A DNA stretch of 63,614 nt, filler included, from Choristocarpus tenellus KU-1152 (Eukaryota; Protista; Phaeophyceae): assembly GCA_964200185.2 (NCBI GenBank). It is 10 parts of 10 records of this genome, joined end to end, with 100 filler letters (N's around TTAATTAATTAA, not from the genome) between each part and the next. Parts side by side here need not be neighbours in the genome. Positions count along the whole stretch, not along the records: positions 12,004 to 17,047 come from CAXNAD020012064.1; positions 17,148 to 23,395 come from CAXNAD020008577.1; positions 23,496 to 41,761 come from CAXNAD020000571.1; 7 more parts are not named here. One strand, 5' to 3'. Below the pieces are notes generated by a model. The model searched no databases. It worked only from the letters and a program-made list of their open reading frames with translations, and was not told where the DNA came from. The first letter of the stretch is position 1. Every line of letters starts with the position of its first letter. The translations under genes and the position numbers were made by a program. Below are positions 12,556-23,684 of this stretch, piece after piece.

Positions 12556-13239
12556 AGATCACATTGTCATTGTTGTTTCCCTCCTAAGAGATGGTGCACT
12601 GGAGCTCAATCACTGCAATCTATCATCTTCTTGACATCTCCTAGTGCATGGCATTGGTGCGTACCTTGTGCCACCTGCCAAAAGTTACCAAAGCCTCAGA
12701 AGAGGAAGGATAACCGTGTGAAGGAGGAAACACTTCATGCTGCTACAGAAGTGATTCCTAACGAATTGAAATGCAGTCATTTGCTGTCACACAAAATATC
12801 GCTAGGTATGCTGGAAAGCAAAGATCACTCTTGCACAGCTCTGCCTGCATTGTTAGGAGTGGGAAATTGTTGTTGTGATCTATGCAGGCCATCCGTAGGG
12901 ATCAAGAATTATCGTTGGCAGCAATGAAAGACTAGTTCAGAGGGATTGCAGTATTTGATTATATATTTTAAAGTATATATATGAGCTACTACACAGGAAT
13001 CGAATCACAGCTCAAAATTGCGCTTAGAAATGAGAAGTAAGACTGGGTGTAAAGCATACAACCCATTCCAGGAAGAATGAAGAGGAGGAAACATATCAAC
13101 ATCGAAGCCTAAAAGGGCTAGCTACTTGGGAGAGGGGAAGGGTTTGCACCCCTGGCACCCAGCATGCAAAAGCAGACTAATATATCACCTCCCTAAACCA
13201 CATCAATCAAACCTGCAAGAGTACAATACTTCAATCTTT

Positions 13240-13895
13240 TGGTTCACTATAAAACAATACAGGACCAAGCAGAAATAGGTATGTGGGGGAAGGCAGAACA
13301 TAAAGAAGCACACCCTGGTTGGCCAAAATATAGATGGAGAAAGAACTCTTAGGTAGGATGAGGAATTTTGGATAGTGTGTTGGAAGGAAGTAGAGAGACT
13401 CCTGTGTCAACAAAATACCTTCGCTTGACGTCCAACCAGGCCTTGCAGGACTCCACACAAGCCCAAGGCCTTGTTCTTTTACAATGTCCTTGTATCCTCC
13501 TGTCCTTGCTCCATCTCCATCCCCTCGTCTTGCAACCTCTCCTTTCATGACCATCTCCCTGTACACACGTCTCTACTCACTACAACACAACACAAGACCA
13601 AGTAGAAATAGGGATATAGGGGAAGGCAGCACACAAATAAGCAAATCTAGTTGACCAATATAGATGGGGACTGCACTCTTAGGATGATGAGGATCTCTGA
13701 ATAGTGTGTTGCAGGGAAGTAGAGAGACTCCTGTGTCCACAAAATACCTTTGCTTGACGTCCAACCAGTCCTTGCAGGACTCCACACAAGCCCAAGGCCT
13801 TGTTCTTTAAAGTGTCCGTATATCCTGCTGTCCTTGCTCCATCTCCATCTCCTCGTCTTACCACCCCTCCTTACATGACCATCTCCCTGTGCACA
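13240..13895. repeat. Diverged ~330-bp tandem duplication (13240-13568 and 13577-13895), possibly LTR-derived
   Basis: Colinear shared blocks, e.g. GGAAGTAGAGAGACTCCTGTGTC, CCTTGCAGGACTCCACACAAGCCCAAGGCCTTGTTCTTT and CATGACCATCTCCCTGT. Confidence 0.85.
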
Positions 13896-15499
13896 CCCAC
13901 TCACATCACTTTACTCTTCAATCTGTCTAATCAGTATTTTGTCATTGTTGCAGTTCTTCTCAATTGCTCCTCTCTATTGTTTTCCATTGCTATAGTCACT
14001 GCTGGTCCTGTCACCAGTATGAAACTCTCTTCCCAACCTCCTCCCATTGTCTACCTTGGCTCGGAGTCTATATCTGCTCTACCTCTCTCTCTACTATATC
14101 TTAGCTGCCATTGCCTGATACCCCTGTCCTTGTCACATTGCTCGCCATATTTATTCCCATCACACCTTGAGTATTCCTCCTCTCAAAATTTTCAACTGCC
14201 TCTCTCCTGCACCTAATGACCATGCCTTTCAAAATTCAAGTAAACTTACTTCCAACAGTAAAATCACCACAGTATATAACTGGCAAGTGCTGAGTGTCAT
14301 TCTACCTGTCTCTGACTCAGTGGAGTCTACCCATAAGGCTATTTCCTGGACACAAACGACACGAACTTTGTCTGCCCCCTACCCTTGATGCACCCTCACT
14401 CGCTACCCTTCCACCTTACCACTCTCAGGTAACAAACCTGGGGACTCTATGCTACCAATAGTCCTATCACTGTATCACTGTATAACATTGACAACTCAGT
14501 GATTTCTACGTTCCATAGCCTGCCCCCGCTATGTTCCACTACAACAATGTATATCCCTTGTGTACTCGCAGGAGTGGCAAATGACACATAGTGCAAACTT
14601 GACGATTCCTGTGCACGTTTCCGCTATTGCCACCTGCATTGGGAACATGATGTGCTATTACTGTTATTGAGGTTGCAACCACAAATTACAGGAGGGTGGA
14701 GAGAGAGAGGGGACCGGGCTATAAATGAATTTTTTTAAGGAGTTCACTTAAACCATACTTTAGAAACTCGCCATAGAGTCTGCAAAAGTTGTTTTTGGGA
14801 GTACAGTGGAAGAATGAATGCTACAAGTGACCGAGATAGTGGTAATGTATCTAAAGTGCCATAAGCTACTACTTCTCTGGGGTGCTACATTTGAAGCAGG
14901 AACATCCTCCACACATTTAGAGACCTGTCCAAAATAGAGCTTCTGTTAGTTACCCTTTCGCACCCTCTCCGTACTATTCCTTGCCCATTTTCACAGGCCA
15001 CCTCTTTAGTGTGCCTCACGTTTAGTCCTTCCTTCATTTTTACAAAAAAAATCGACCTACAGTGTCATTTATCATGTAGTAATCGTGAACACCTTTCACA
15101 TCTTTCACTACCACGTACGAAAAATTACTGTGTAGCCAACAAGAACATCATAAACAAATAACAAAAGGAAGAGATAACTTGGTGTTGGTGAAGGTCAAAG
15201 AATAACAATGTAGAGTGCTGTATAGAGCCCAGCTCCAAGAGAACGTAGTGACATTCAAGCAAATGAACCAGTTACTAACCCAAGAACATCGGAACTGGTG
15301 AGGTCTGTTCAAAGCCCCAGTCAATGTGAACATAAAGAAGGGAAGTACATCATACAAGGACAAGTTACTCACCATCCATTGATGAGTTGATTTTAGACAC
15401 TCTGTTACATGTAGGTTCTCCAATTTCTTGCATCTCCTTACCCCCCCCTCCTTAAACCTCATCCCTGGCCAAAAGACTTTGAGCTTACTTTTCATAGAC

Positions 15500-16900
15500 T
15501 TTCCTGCATTCCAGATTTGAAGTCTTCCAGATGGCACCGGCTTTGATCAAACAGCCTATTGTGTCATTTTTCATCAGAATTGTCTGTACACTGGAAAGTT
15601 GATACCGCCCTCTGACCCTGGAGCCTCCCATTTCCTGGCAGATCAAGCCAGTCAATGCAGCTTTGGGAGTTTATATGTTGCATTCTGACCTACTACCATG
15701 GTCTCTGCAGTTGCATGGTGTATTTCCCTACAGAACTAGCCTGTTGAATACAGCATAGTCTCCCACTTCCCTCTGTCTCCTTTACTTCACTCTCCTGAGT
15801 AAGCCCTCCTTCCTTCACCAAACCTCTTCCTATAGTGACCTATGGGTAGCACCCATATTGTGTAGTACTTGGTACCAACCAAGCCCAGCCTGGGTTTTGA
15901 TCAGTTTCCCCATCTGTAGCATCTCTGTATAGCCTGTTTGTCACCCATCAGAGCTGTCTGCCCCACTTCCAATCACAACAAGTACTCCAGGTGCAGATCT
16001 TGTGATGAACTTGTCTTCTTTGTCAGTCTAAAGCAGCATAATCGGCCGGCAATAAATATGTCAACAGGACACCCTTGGGGGCAAAGGGTGTTTGGCAATC
16101 TCTTGCCCAAGACTCACAAGGCATCTTCATCTGCAAGATTTTCCTCGCTCATACTGTAGTCCCCAAAAATAATCACTGCAGTTGCTTGCCTGTCGAACAA
16201 GAATGCTCCACTTGCCATCCCCAGGTTAGGATCAGGTAGAGTTATTGATGCACTTCTTTACAAAAACCTTCACTACTCTACAGCTACCCCCAAGTCCAAG
16301 CCTCGTCCAAAGGTAAAGCTTGCCCTTCTGCAAAATAAAACTTCAATAGGTGGTGGCCCTTCCCCTATAATCTCTGGTGGGTCCTCTCCGAGATCCTGTC
16401 CTCCCCTGTCCACTGCCTTCTCTTCAACTATTTATAAGGTGATGAGACTGCTTTGGATACTTGGAAACACCACCATGTATTATACAATTCCTCCAGCATC
16501 AGATACAGTATCTGGTACGGTCAACAAGAAACATGAAATTGTGTCCTTCTCACAATGAGGATCTTGTGGACTAGTCCACATTCATTCCTGCCCCCCCCTC
16601 CCAACAATACCTCTTCCCAAGAGCTGTACTGCATCCCCTTCCCTCTCCTGGGCCCACTTATACCCAAAGGTTAAGGCACCCCTCCTCAATATTTGCATGT
16701 GTATCCCTTGAACAAACCTCGTAGTGACTTTTCCCCTCCATGACACAACAGCTCCATTTCCCACACAGGAAGAGAACCCCTTGAATATACTTGACAAGTC
16801 ATGGGCAGCACACCTCACCTCATCTTAACCTAACAGATGAACCCTCCAAACATGCAACAGCAGGTAGATCTTTTAAAGATGTGGCAATGGTGCCAACGTA
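15500..16900 (-). mobile_element. Possible heavily degraded LTR-retrotransposon (integrase-like) remnant
   Basis: Only fragmentary, stop- and frameshift-riddled hints (..DKEDKF.., ..AIQ..LQMGK..QAGLG..). It lies on the same contig as the Copia RT remnant. Confidence 0.25.
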
Positions 16901-17147
16901 CACCCATATGTATTGATACATGAATCACTGGCTGCAGGAAACTCCTTCATACAAGTAAGGCTATGCCTTTCTGGAGCTGTCACCTATCCCTGCACACCTC
17001 CCCCAGCCGCCCCCCCCCCCCCCCCCCCCCCCCCCCAAACAACCCCCNNNNNNNNNNNNNNNNNNNNNNNNNNNNNNNNNNNNNNNNNNNNTTAATTAAT
17101 TAANNNNNNNNNNNNNNNNNNNNNNNNNNNNNNNNNNNNNNNNNNNN

Positions 17148-17181
<34 letters not shown>

Positions 17182-17781
17182 GGGGGGGAAGCCTCCACAG
17201 TCGGTGATCGGTATCCAAGAACTCTAGAACAAATGAGATCAACTTATTTATCTTTTACTCAATCAGAAAGTAGAAAGTAGAAAGAAAACAAAAGGGCGCC
17301 AAAGGAGAGTAATAGGAACACCCCTTAGGAAAACAAGAGGTTTGAGGGGAGAGGCAGCAAGGGGTTGTCCAAGAGCCAAGAAGAGTGTAAAGGAAAGGAC
17401 CTGTAGCACCTTGCACACGTATACTTGTACTAAGACCAAAAATCCTCCTTCATCCTCAACCATTGCATTATGCCCTGACCTCAACCCATCACATAGTTAA
17501 CCCGAGGTGATACAAGAGCAACCCCTGATGTAGGGCATAACAGAAACGAGTAGCACCACAGAGCTGACTGTTGTGTCTTGTCATCTCCTTCTTTTAGAGC
17601 TTTCTTACCCTTCTTCCAAAACATTATTAATACCTACCGTGCCATAGCACAATGACTGTCATTGTTGACTTCACACTGCCTGTACCCAGCTACCCATCAC
17701 CCTCCCCCTCCCCTCCCTTCCCCATCTCCCCTACCAACTAAAGAGCCAGTCATGCACGCCTCAGGGCGCTCTTATCCGTAC

Positions 17782-20700
17782 CTTGTAAGCATAGATGCTT
17801 CTCTCGCAGCCTCTGCCGCTTTAATAAGCTTCTTCCGATCCTTCACCTTCGTTAGCTTCAGGTTGGTCTGTAGATCATTGTGGTCGTATGGCTTGACAGA
17901 CCTGCAGCAGAGTCCGTACAACCGTATTATCAAGGTTAGAAGGGGAACATTGCTGATAGCTAGGTTTATTACTGCAAGCTTCAGGTTGGTCTGTAGATAA
18001 TTGCGGTCGTATGGCTTGACAGACCTGCAGCAGAGTCCGTACAACCGTATTATCAGGGTTAGAAGGGGAACATTGCTGATAGCTAGGTTTATTACCGCAA
18101 GGCCTAGTCTGCTGCATATACTTCAAGTGAGCAACGAATTTCATACCAGACAATGATAACGGATGGTGCCAGAACCAATGGGGTCGGGGTGTTTTTTTAA
18201 GGGTGGGTATCAATGGGCTATGGCGGAGGAGCAGGAGTACTAGATGAACTGATCCCAAACCATCCCTCAAGCTGCAACGAATACACAATGAAAAGACAAA
18301 AACTGGGGGACTGGCAAAGGACAAAGCACCAGAATAGAAGGACAGGGGGGCTATATACAACTGGGTGTGGTTTTAAGGTCCAGGTTCTATGGGGTGAGAC
18401 TAATCGAATAAGTAAGAGGAAGTAACATCCAAGGCATTGGTCAACAGCATCAATGTTGACTAGTGGATATTCCAGGTGTATCGTTGCCCATATTTAAACA
18501 AGCGTGCAGCAAATGACTAGAATCAGGTGAGTGCGTTTGAGTAATGGAGGAGGAAGTAAGAGGGACTGAGCCCCTGGAGATTGCTAACAGCGTCTGGGTC
18601 ATAATTATAGTCCCAGAAATGGGGGAAAGGAGTTTGGCAACAAAATATTCTAATTTTAGCCCTGTTCTGCAACAATGGGAATGTACTTTTGACTGGAGAT
18701 GAAGAAGAAAGGTGGGGGGGGGATTGAGTTCGAGTCCAAGTCAAATTGAGACTATACAACATTCTAGTCAATCAAAATCCTAGTGTTTACCTCAAGCAAG
18801 GTCAGCAAAAAAATCGACTTGCCTGTAGGGTACCATCCCAAAGTCGAGCTGTGAGTAAAAACGGATGAGGTGACTCTTGCCCAGGACCTGGTGGGCCATA
18901 TTGGCACACCTCGCGGCATAAGGGACAGTAGCCAAGTATCGAGGGTCCCACACCAAGCCAGGCCAGCACGGAAACCTCCCCATCTTGGCCCACACCACCT
19001 TTTATGAGCGGCATCATCACAACATTTTAATATTTCATCTTCTATTTTTTTATACGCGTAACTTTATGGCAGCAGCATAAACCAATATTGGAAAAAAAAA
19101 GTTGTAATGGCACCATCAGTCACAAAACAAAATAACTGGAACCTGCAGGAATATAGAGTGGACTAGGGTTCACGGTTTGGGGGGTGGTTCAGTGGGGGGA
19201 GGAGGAAAGGAGAGGAGAGGGTCATTATGTGAAGCATTTATTACCAATACATACTACTGGATACCCGATACTTTGATCTAGAGATCAAACGAATCTGAGA
19301 CCACACTCTTCATCTTCTTACATCTACACTCATAACAAACATGTCATTGAATGTTATAGGGGAAACAAGTTGCAGGCATACGGTGCACTACAACAACACC
19401 AATCCCTAGCTATAGGAAAAATTGCAACAGTACTACCAGTTGATTGCAAGAGGATAATCTTGACAGCACGGTAAGCGATATGCAAAATGTTGATTTCCAC
19501 AAAGGTGAAGTTGTAGTTTGGGGCAGTGTGAGATGGACAACAGAAGGCAGAATCTGAGTCTGTCCTTTGAGGTCTTCCAGAAGGTCAGGTGGCAACCAGT
19601 GGAACTGATAGCAATGTCAACATCTTCCATCGTTTCATTGTCAGACGAGTTCATTCTCTGTGTAGCTATGAATGGACAAGCAATGCGCGTTGATCTACAG
19701 GTCAAATGCAGAGCAGGAGCAAGGGTTGTGGATGCAGAGCCAATGATACTACCCGGCCGGTCAATGGTGCATAGATAATTAAAGGAAATCTACTGCCATG
19801 ATTATCGAACAAATCTTGCCATATAAAGTAACGAAAGATTCATCTTTAGTACAAGGGTACCAGAGCTACTACTATGCTTACGACAGAGTGGGGTTGATCT
19901 AAGTTCAAGGGACGCCAACCAAGTCTATAACTACTGCCCTTTAAGAATATTTAAGGTTTATTCGTCCGTTCCCTGTCCAACACTGTTGAGGCGGGATCAG
20001 AATTGAGAAGGCATCTGTCGTCAACAGCGATCGTAGTTGGGTCCGACATTCCTTCAATCTCCCCTCGATGGGGAGGTCCGTTGTTTCTCAATTGGAAGCG
20101 ACCCTTTTATTTTATCGTGAAGTTCACGGCACACAAAAGAATTGAACTGACTCTTTTTACCTATCCTACAACCGACACCAGCTGCCTCAACCTCTACATG
20201 GAAATTTCAGAATTGGTGGGGTGAAGTTGAGAATTTGCAAGAAAATAGAGTAATTATCAAAATATCTTACCTCCCCAAAGCGCGCCTTGATCTCCGGGGC
20301 CAAGCGGTGCACCTCATCATCTGAAGACCATTCATCTGATTCGTACACGACATTCCCATCTGCATCGACTGGTGCGTTGCCTGCGCCTAGATCTTCATCT
20401 GCTCCTTCCATTTTCGCACCTTCGACCCGCCCGTTTGGATCACTTCCAGATTGCTCCATATCCTCCTCGGCATTTCCCGCTCCACTCGAATCCCGAGCTG
20501 TTCTTGCCACTTTTTCCTCCGTCCCTCCCCCCATCTCCTTATCCTGTGGTGATTCCTCTTCCTGGACAATCTCTCTCCTGTTTCCTTTTCGTCTCTCCGA
20601 TGACCCTCTCCTCAAACTAGCACGCTGGATTCCTCCATTCCCATCACTCTCACTTGTGGCATGGATCTCAGTATCATTGGCGCCATCCGACGTAACGTCC

Positions 20701-20852
20701 CCAACGTCTCCCTTCACTGGTGTCTCCACTTTTCGCCGGCCGGTTTCCCCCGCCCGATCGACTGGTTTACCGTTCGAAGGTAAATTACTCCCAGTGTTAC
20801 TACCTCTCTTGGGACCCCTACGTAGGGGCGTTGTTCCCTTTTCCATGCCCAT
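17782..20852 (-). CDS. PWWP-domain chromatin protein, 5' part; exons 20852-20271, 18998-18823, 17901-17782 (alternative acceptor at 18024)
   Basis: An acidic, low-complexity exon 1 ending ...EIKARFGE splices in phase 0 to VVWAKMGRFPCWPGLVWDPRY...SHLIRFYSQLDFGMVPYR. A GC-AG intron then leads to SVKPYDHNDLQTNLKLTKVKDRKKLIKAAEAAREA. GE.VWAK+.xxPxWPG is the PWWP signature. Confidence 0.88.
17855..18100. repeat. 123-bp tandem duplication spanning the intron-2 acceptor of the PWWP gene
   Basis: Two near-identical units GCTTCAGGTTGGTCTGTAGAT...GCTAGGTTTATTAC offset by exactly 123 bp. Confidence 0.95.
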
Positions 20853-21146
20853 TGTGTGGTCAATGTTGTGAATGTTTTGGAGGAGGGGGGGGTTTGAGAT
20901 GTGGGATGGTCGGGCGGACGGTCGATATTTGTGACCCACACCTACAACCTCGTTCCAGTGGTTTGCCCAACCAAAGTGTTGCACGTGTTTGTTAGTAACC
21001 TGTTGGCAGTACCACGGAGAAGGGAACGATAGGAGAGTGATCTGATTCTCTCTTCGTGGACTGCCGAGGTTCCAGGTGTGATCGTGTGTCTCTGCACTTA
21101 ATCATCTCTTCCAATAGTCTTAGACTCTTCTCTTCCTGTGGAAATC
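20853..21146. promoter_or_regulatory. Putative bidirectional promoter between the PWWP gene and cytochrome b5
   Basis: Divergent start codons at 20852 (-) and 21147 (+), 294 bp apart, on one contig. Confidence 0.5.
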
Positions 21147-21755
21147 ATGGCGGACGCTAAGGAGTACACGATGTCTGAGGTGGAGACACATAAGGATAAG
21201 GATTCCTGCTGGCTCATCATTAAGGATATCAAAGATGGTGGTAAGTGGATCAGAGCCCTTAGGAGTAAAGTGATGCGGAGACTCTCTGACGACAATACCT
21301 CAGACAGACGATGATTCGATGGTCAGCAGCATGCAGGATGTACTCGTTCTAAGGGCAGTTTCTCGAGAAGTGATATCTGCACGTCGCTGCCAGACTGTAG
21401 GCAAAAACTCCACAATATGTTATCTCTGGGGATGAATAGAGAACCGATCTCGCAAAAAGCGAACCACATCGGTGCCTTCAGTGTTGTGTTGTGCTGTTCG
21501 AACAACACAAACTACCTTGCTGCAATTTGGCCACACCTTGCCCTACTCAAGCCCTTGCCGTCCCGTCGTAACGTCTCGTGCACGGCAGACACGCCCAAGA
21601 TATACGATGTTACCAAGTACCTTGATGATCACCCTGGGGGGGTAGAAGTAATGCTTGAGGTTGGGGGTGAGGACGCCACAAACATGTTCGAAGACATCGG
21701 GCACTCCCAAGACGCTCGCACAGAGATGAAGAAATTCCAAATTGGCACCCTCAAG
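21147..21755 (+). CDS. CYB5: Cytochrome b5, heme-binding domain; exons 21147-21240, 21589-21755 (3' exon not identified)
   Basis: [31 protein letters not shown]|[56 protein letters not shown]. It has the HPGG motif, the second heme His in GHS, and a consistent phase-1 GT-AG intron. Confidence 0.95.
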
Positions 21756-23311
21756 GTGATGGAGTTGGTACATCTCAGCTCCTTTGGTAGAGGGAATGAC
21801 TAGGCTGAGGCATGGCACAGTTGCGCTAGAATCGGCACCTTTTTTCGTTGGCACCGAATATACAGATTCGATCAGTGGATACACGCAAATATTCAACTCT
21901 GAGTTTTTCTGATGTGATCATTTGTATTCCACAGATATGACTCAATATTTCCGGTACATTATTGCCTGCAGATACACCACTGTGATTGTGGTGGGGCCAA
22001 CATTGCCCTATACGGCTTTGATCCCTTGCTGATGACTAGAGGATACAGGGGGGGAACTATCTTTTGCAGTTTGCTGCCCTAGATGTGAACCAAGAACACA
22101 GGCAGGCAACCAGCAAAAAAAATTAATTCAATTCTGTTCCCAACAAGGAAGCTGCAATTGACAAGACCACTGACTGTTATAAGAGGTCAAAAAGTGACTG
22201 TTGTTGTGGTGCACTGAACAACGGGGGTCTACAATACAGTTCTTATCGATATACCCCTGGTACTCTGAATGGGTCAAGGTTTTTAAGGTGTTGTTACGTT
22301 TTGTTGTATTGTTCACGGGTAAAGAGTTGGGGGGTTGATTTTAATGCACCAAGCTTGGAGTTCTCCATCGTAGTGTCCCCCTAATCTTTGCTGCACATCT
22401 TTCTTTGTATGTGTGTTTTTCATTGAGAAATCAACACCGAAGGTGAATTCACCCTCTCCTTCCCCATAAAGTACTACAATCACTATGTAGCAGTGAGTTA
22501 TCATGCTAGATGTCAAACAAGTGAATACGGCTCAACCGAGATGGATTTGCTCCACTTCTACGCATGAATCCCAACGTATTATTCACCATTCCATACCCCA
22601 ACATACATTCTAATCTGCTTGCTTTTCCTAGAGCTCTGGAGTAGTATACCTTAATCAATTTATACACCACCGGCATAGGTTTAACCACTCACGCCTTCAT
22701 TATTAACCTCCTGATGTGCTCTATTGTGAGCAGCGACTCCTTTCATCCCACCATGGACATCCCAACCATGAATTTTCGGTCTCTCGGCTGGAGAGCGAGG
22801 GCGGTTCTACCCAGTGATCACTCTCTCCTCCTAGTTCCTGTTGAGTTCATCCAAGGTCTTCTTGTGTTGCACTTCCAGTGCTAGCCCCTCATTGGGCATG
22901 CTGCTTTGTCCTACACACCATGTGTGAGCATTTTTAAACTCTGTTCCTAACAGCCAAACCTTGTTCAATTAATATCATGTCACTTGATGAGCGGCATCCA
23001 CCGGGTTGAGTTGATCTGTAGTCTGGGTGGATTCCCCTTTCCTTTCTTTTTGTGGTGATAGTCGTCATCCTGCCAGGTGTTGGCAAGTGAGCAGAAGCTC
23101 ATCCTCAATTTCAAGGTGGGGTTGCTCCATTTCTGCCCATGTTTCTACTCTGCTGCTTGCTTTTCCCCAGAGATGTCTAGAAGATTTCACCTTCGAATGA
23201 TATGTTCCAATGCCGCTGCTGTTGCCGGCCACCATTTGACTTATTTCCTACGCAGTATTGTACAAGAACGTTCAGGTAACCATTATCTCACATCGGCATT
23301 CATTCCAGCGT

Positions 23312-23346
<35 letters not shown>

Positions 23347-23684
23347 CCCCCCCCCCCCCCCCCCCTCCTTCTTCCCCTCTTCCTCCCCTCTCCTCNNNNN
23401 NNNNNNNNNNNNNNNNNNNNNNNNNNNNNNNNNNNNNNNTTAATTAATTAANNNNNNNNNNNNNNNNNNNNNNNNNNNNNNNNNNNNNNNNNNNNCCCCT
23501 TTACTCCCTAATCATATACATATGAACTCATTAGAAACAAAAGTTCAAGGTGTGTTTTTTTTTTCGTACTCAGCCCACAACCTACTCCGGTGTAGTGCCA
23601 ATATTTCATTTCATTGGTATAGCAACCCAAACCAAACTCAGCACCAACCTCATACCGCTTCCTACCTCTCCATCTCCGTCATAC

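Noticed and set aside
20287-20871. 194-aa plus-strand ORF (likewise 36275-36694, 29651-30018, 32936-33277, 38433-38919, 27016-27549)
   Set aside because: These are antisense shadows of real minus-strand exons.
23077-23115. 39-bp phase-0 mini-exon (VLASEQKLILNFK) as cytochrome b5 exon 3
   Set aside because: The splice signals are plausible, but the peptide does not resemble the b5 linker or membrane anchor, so it cannot be supported without transcripts.
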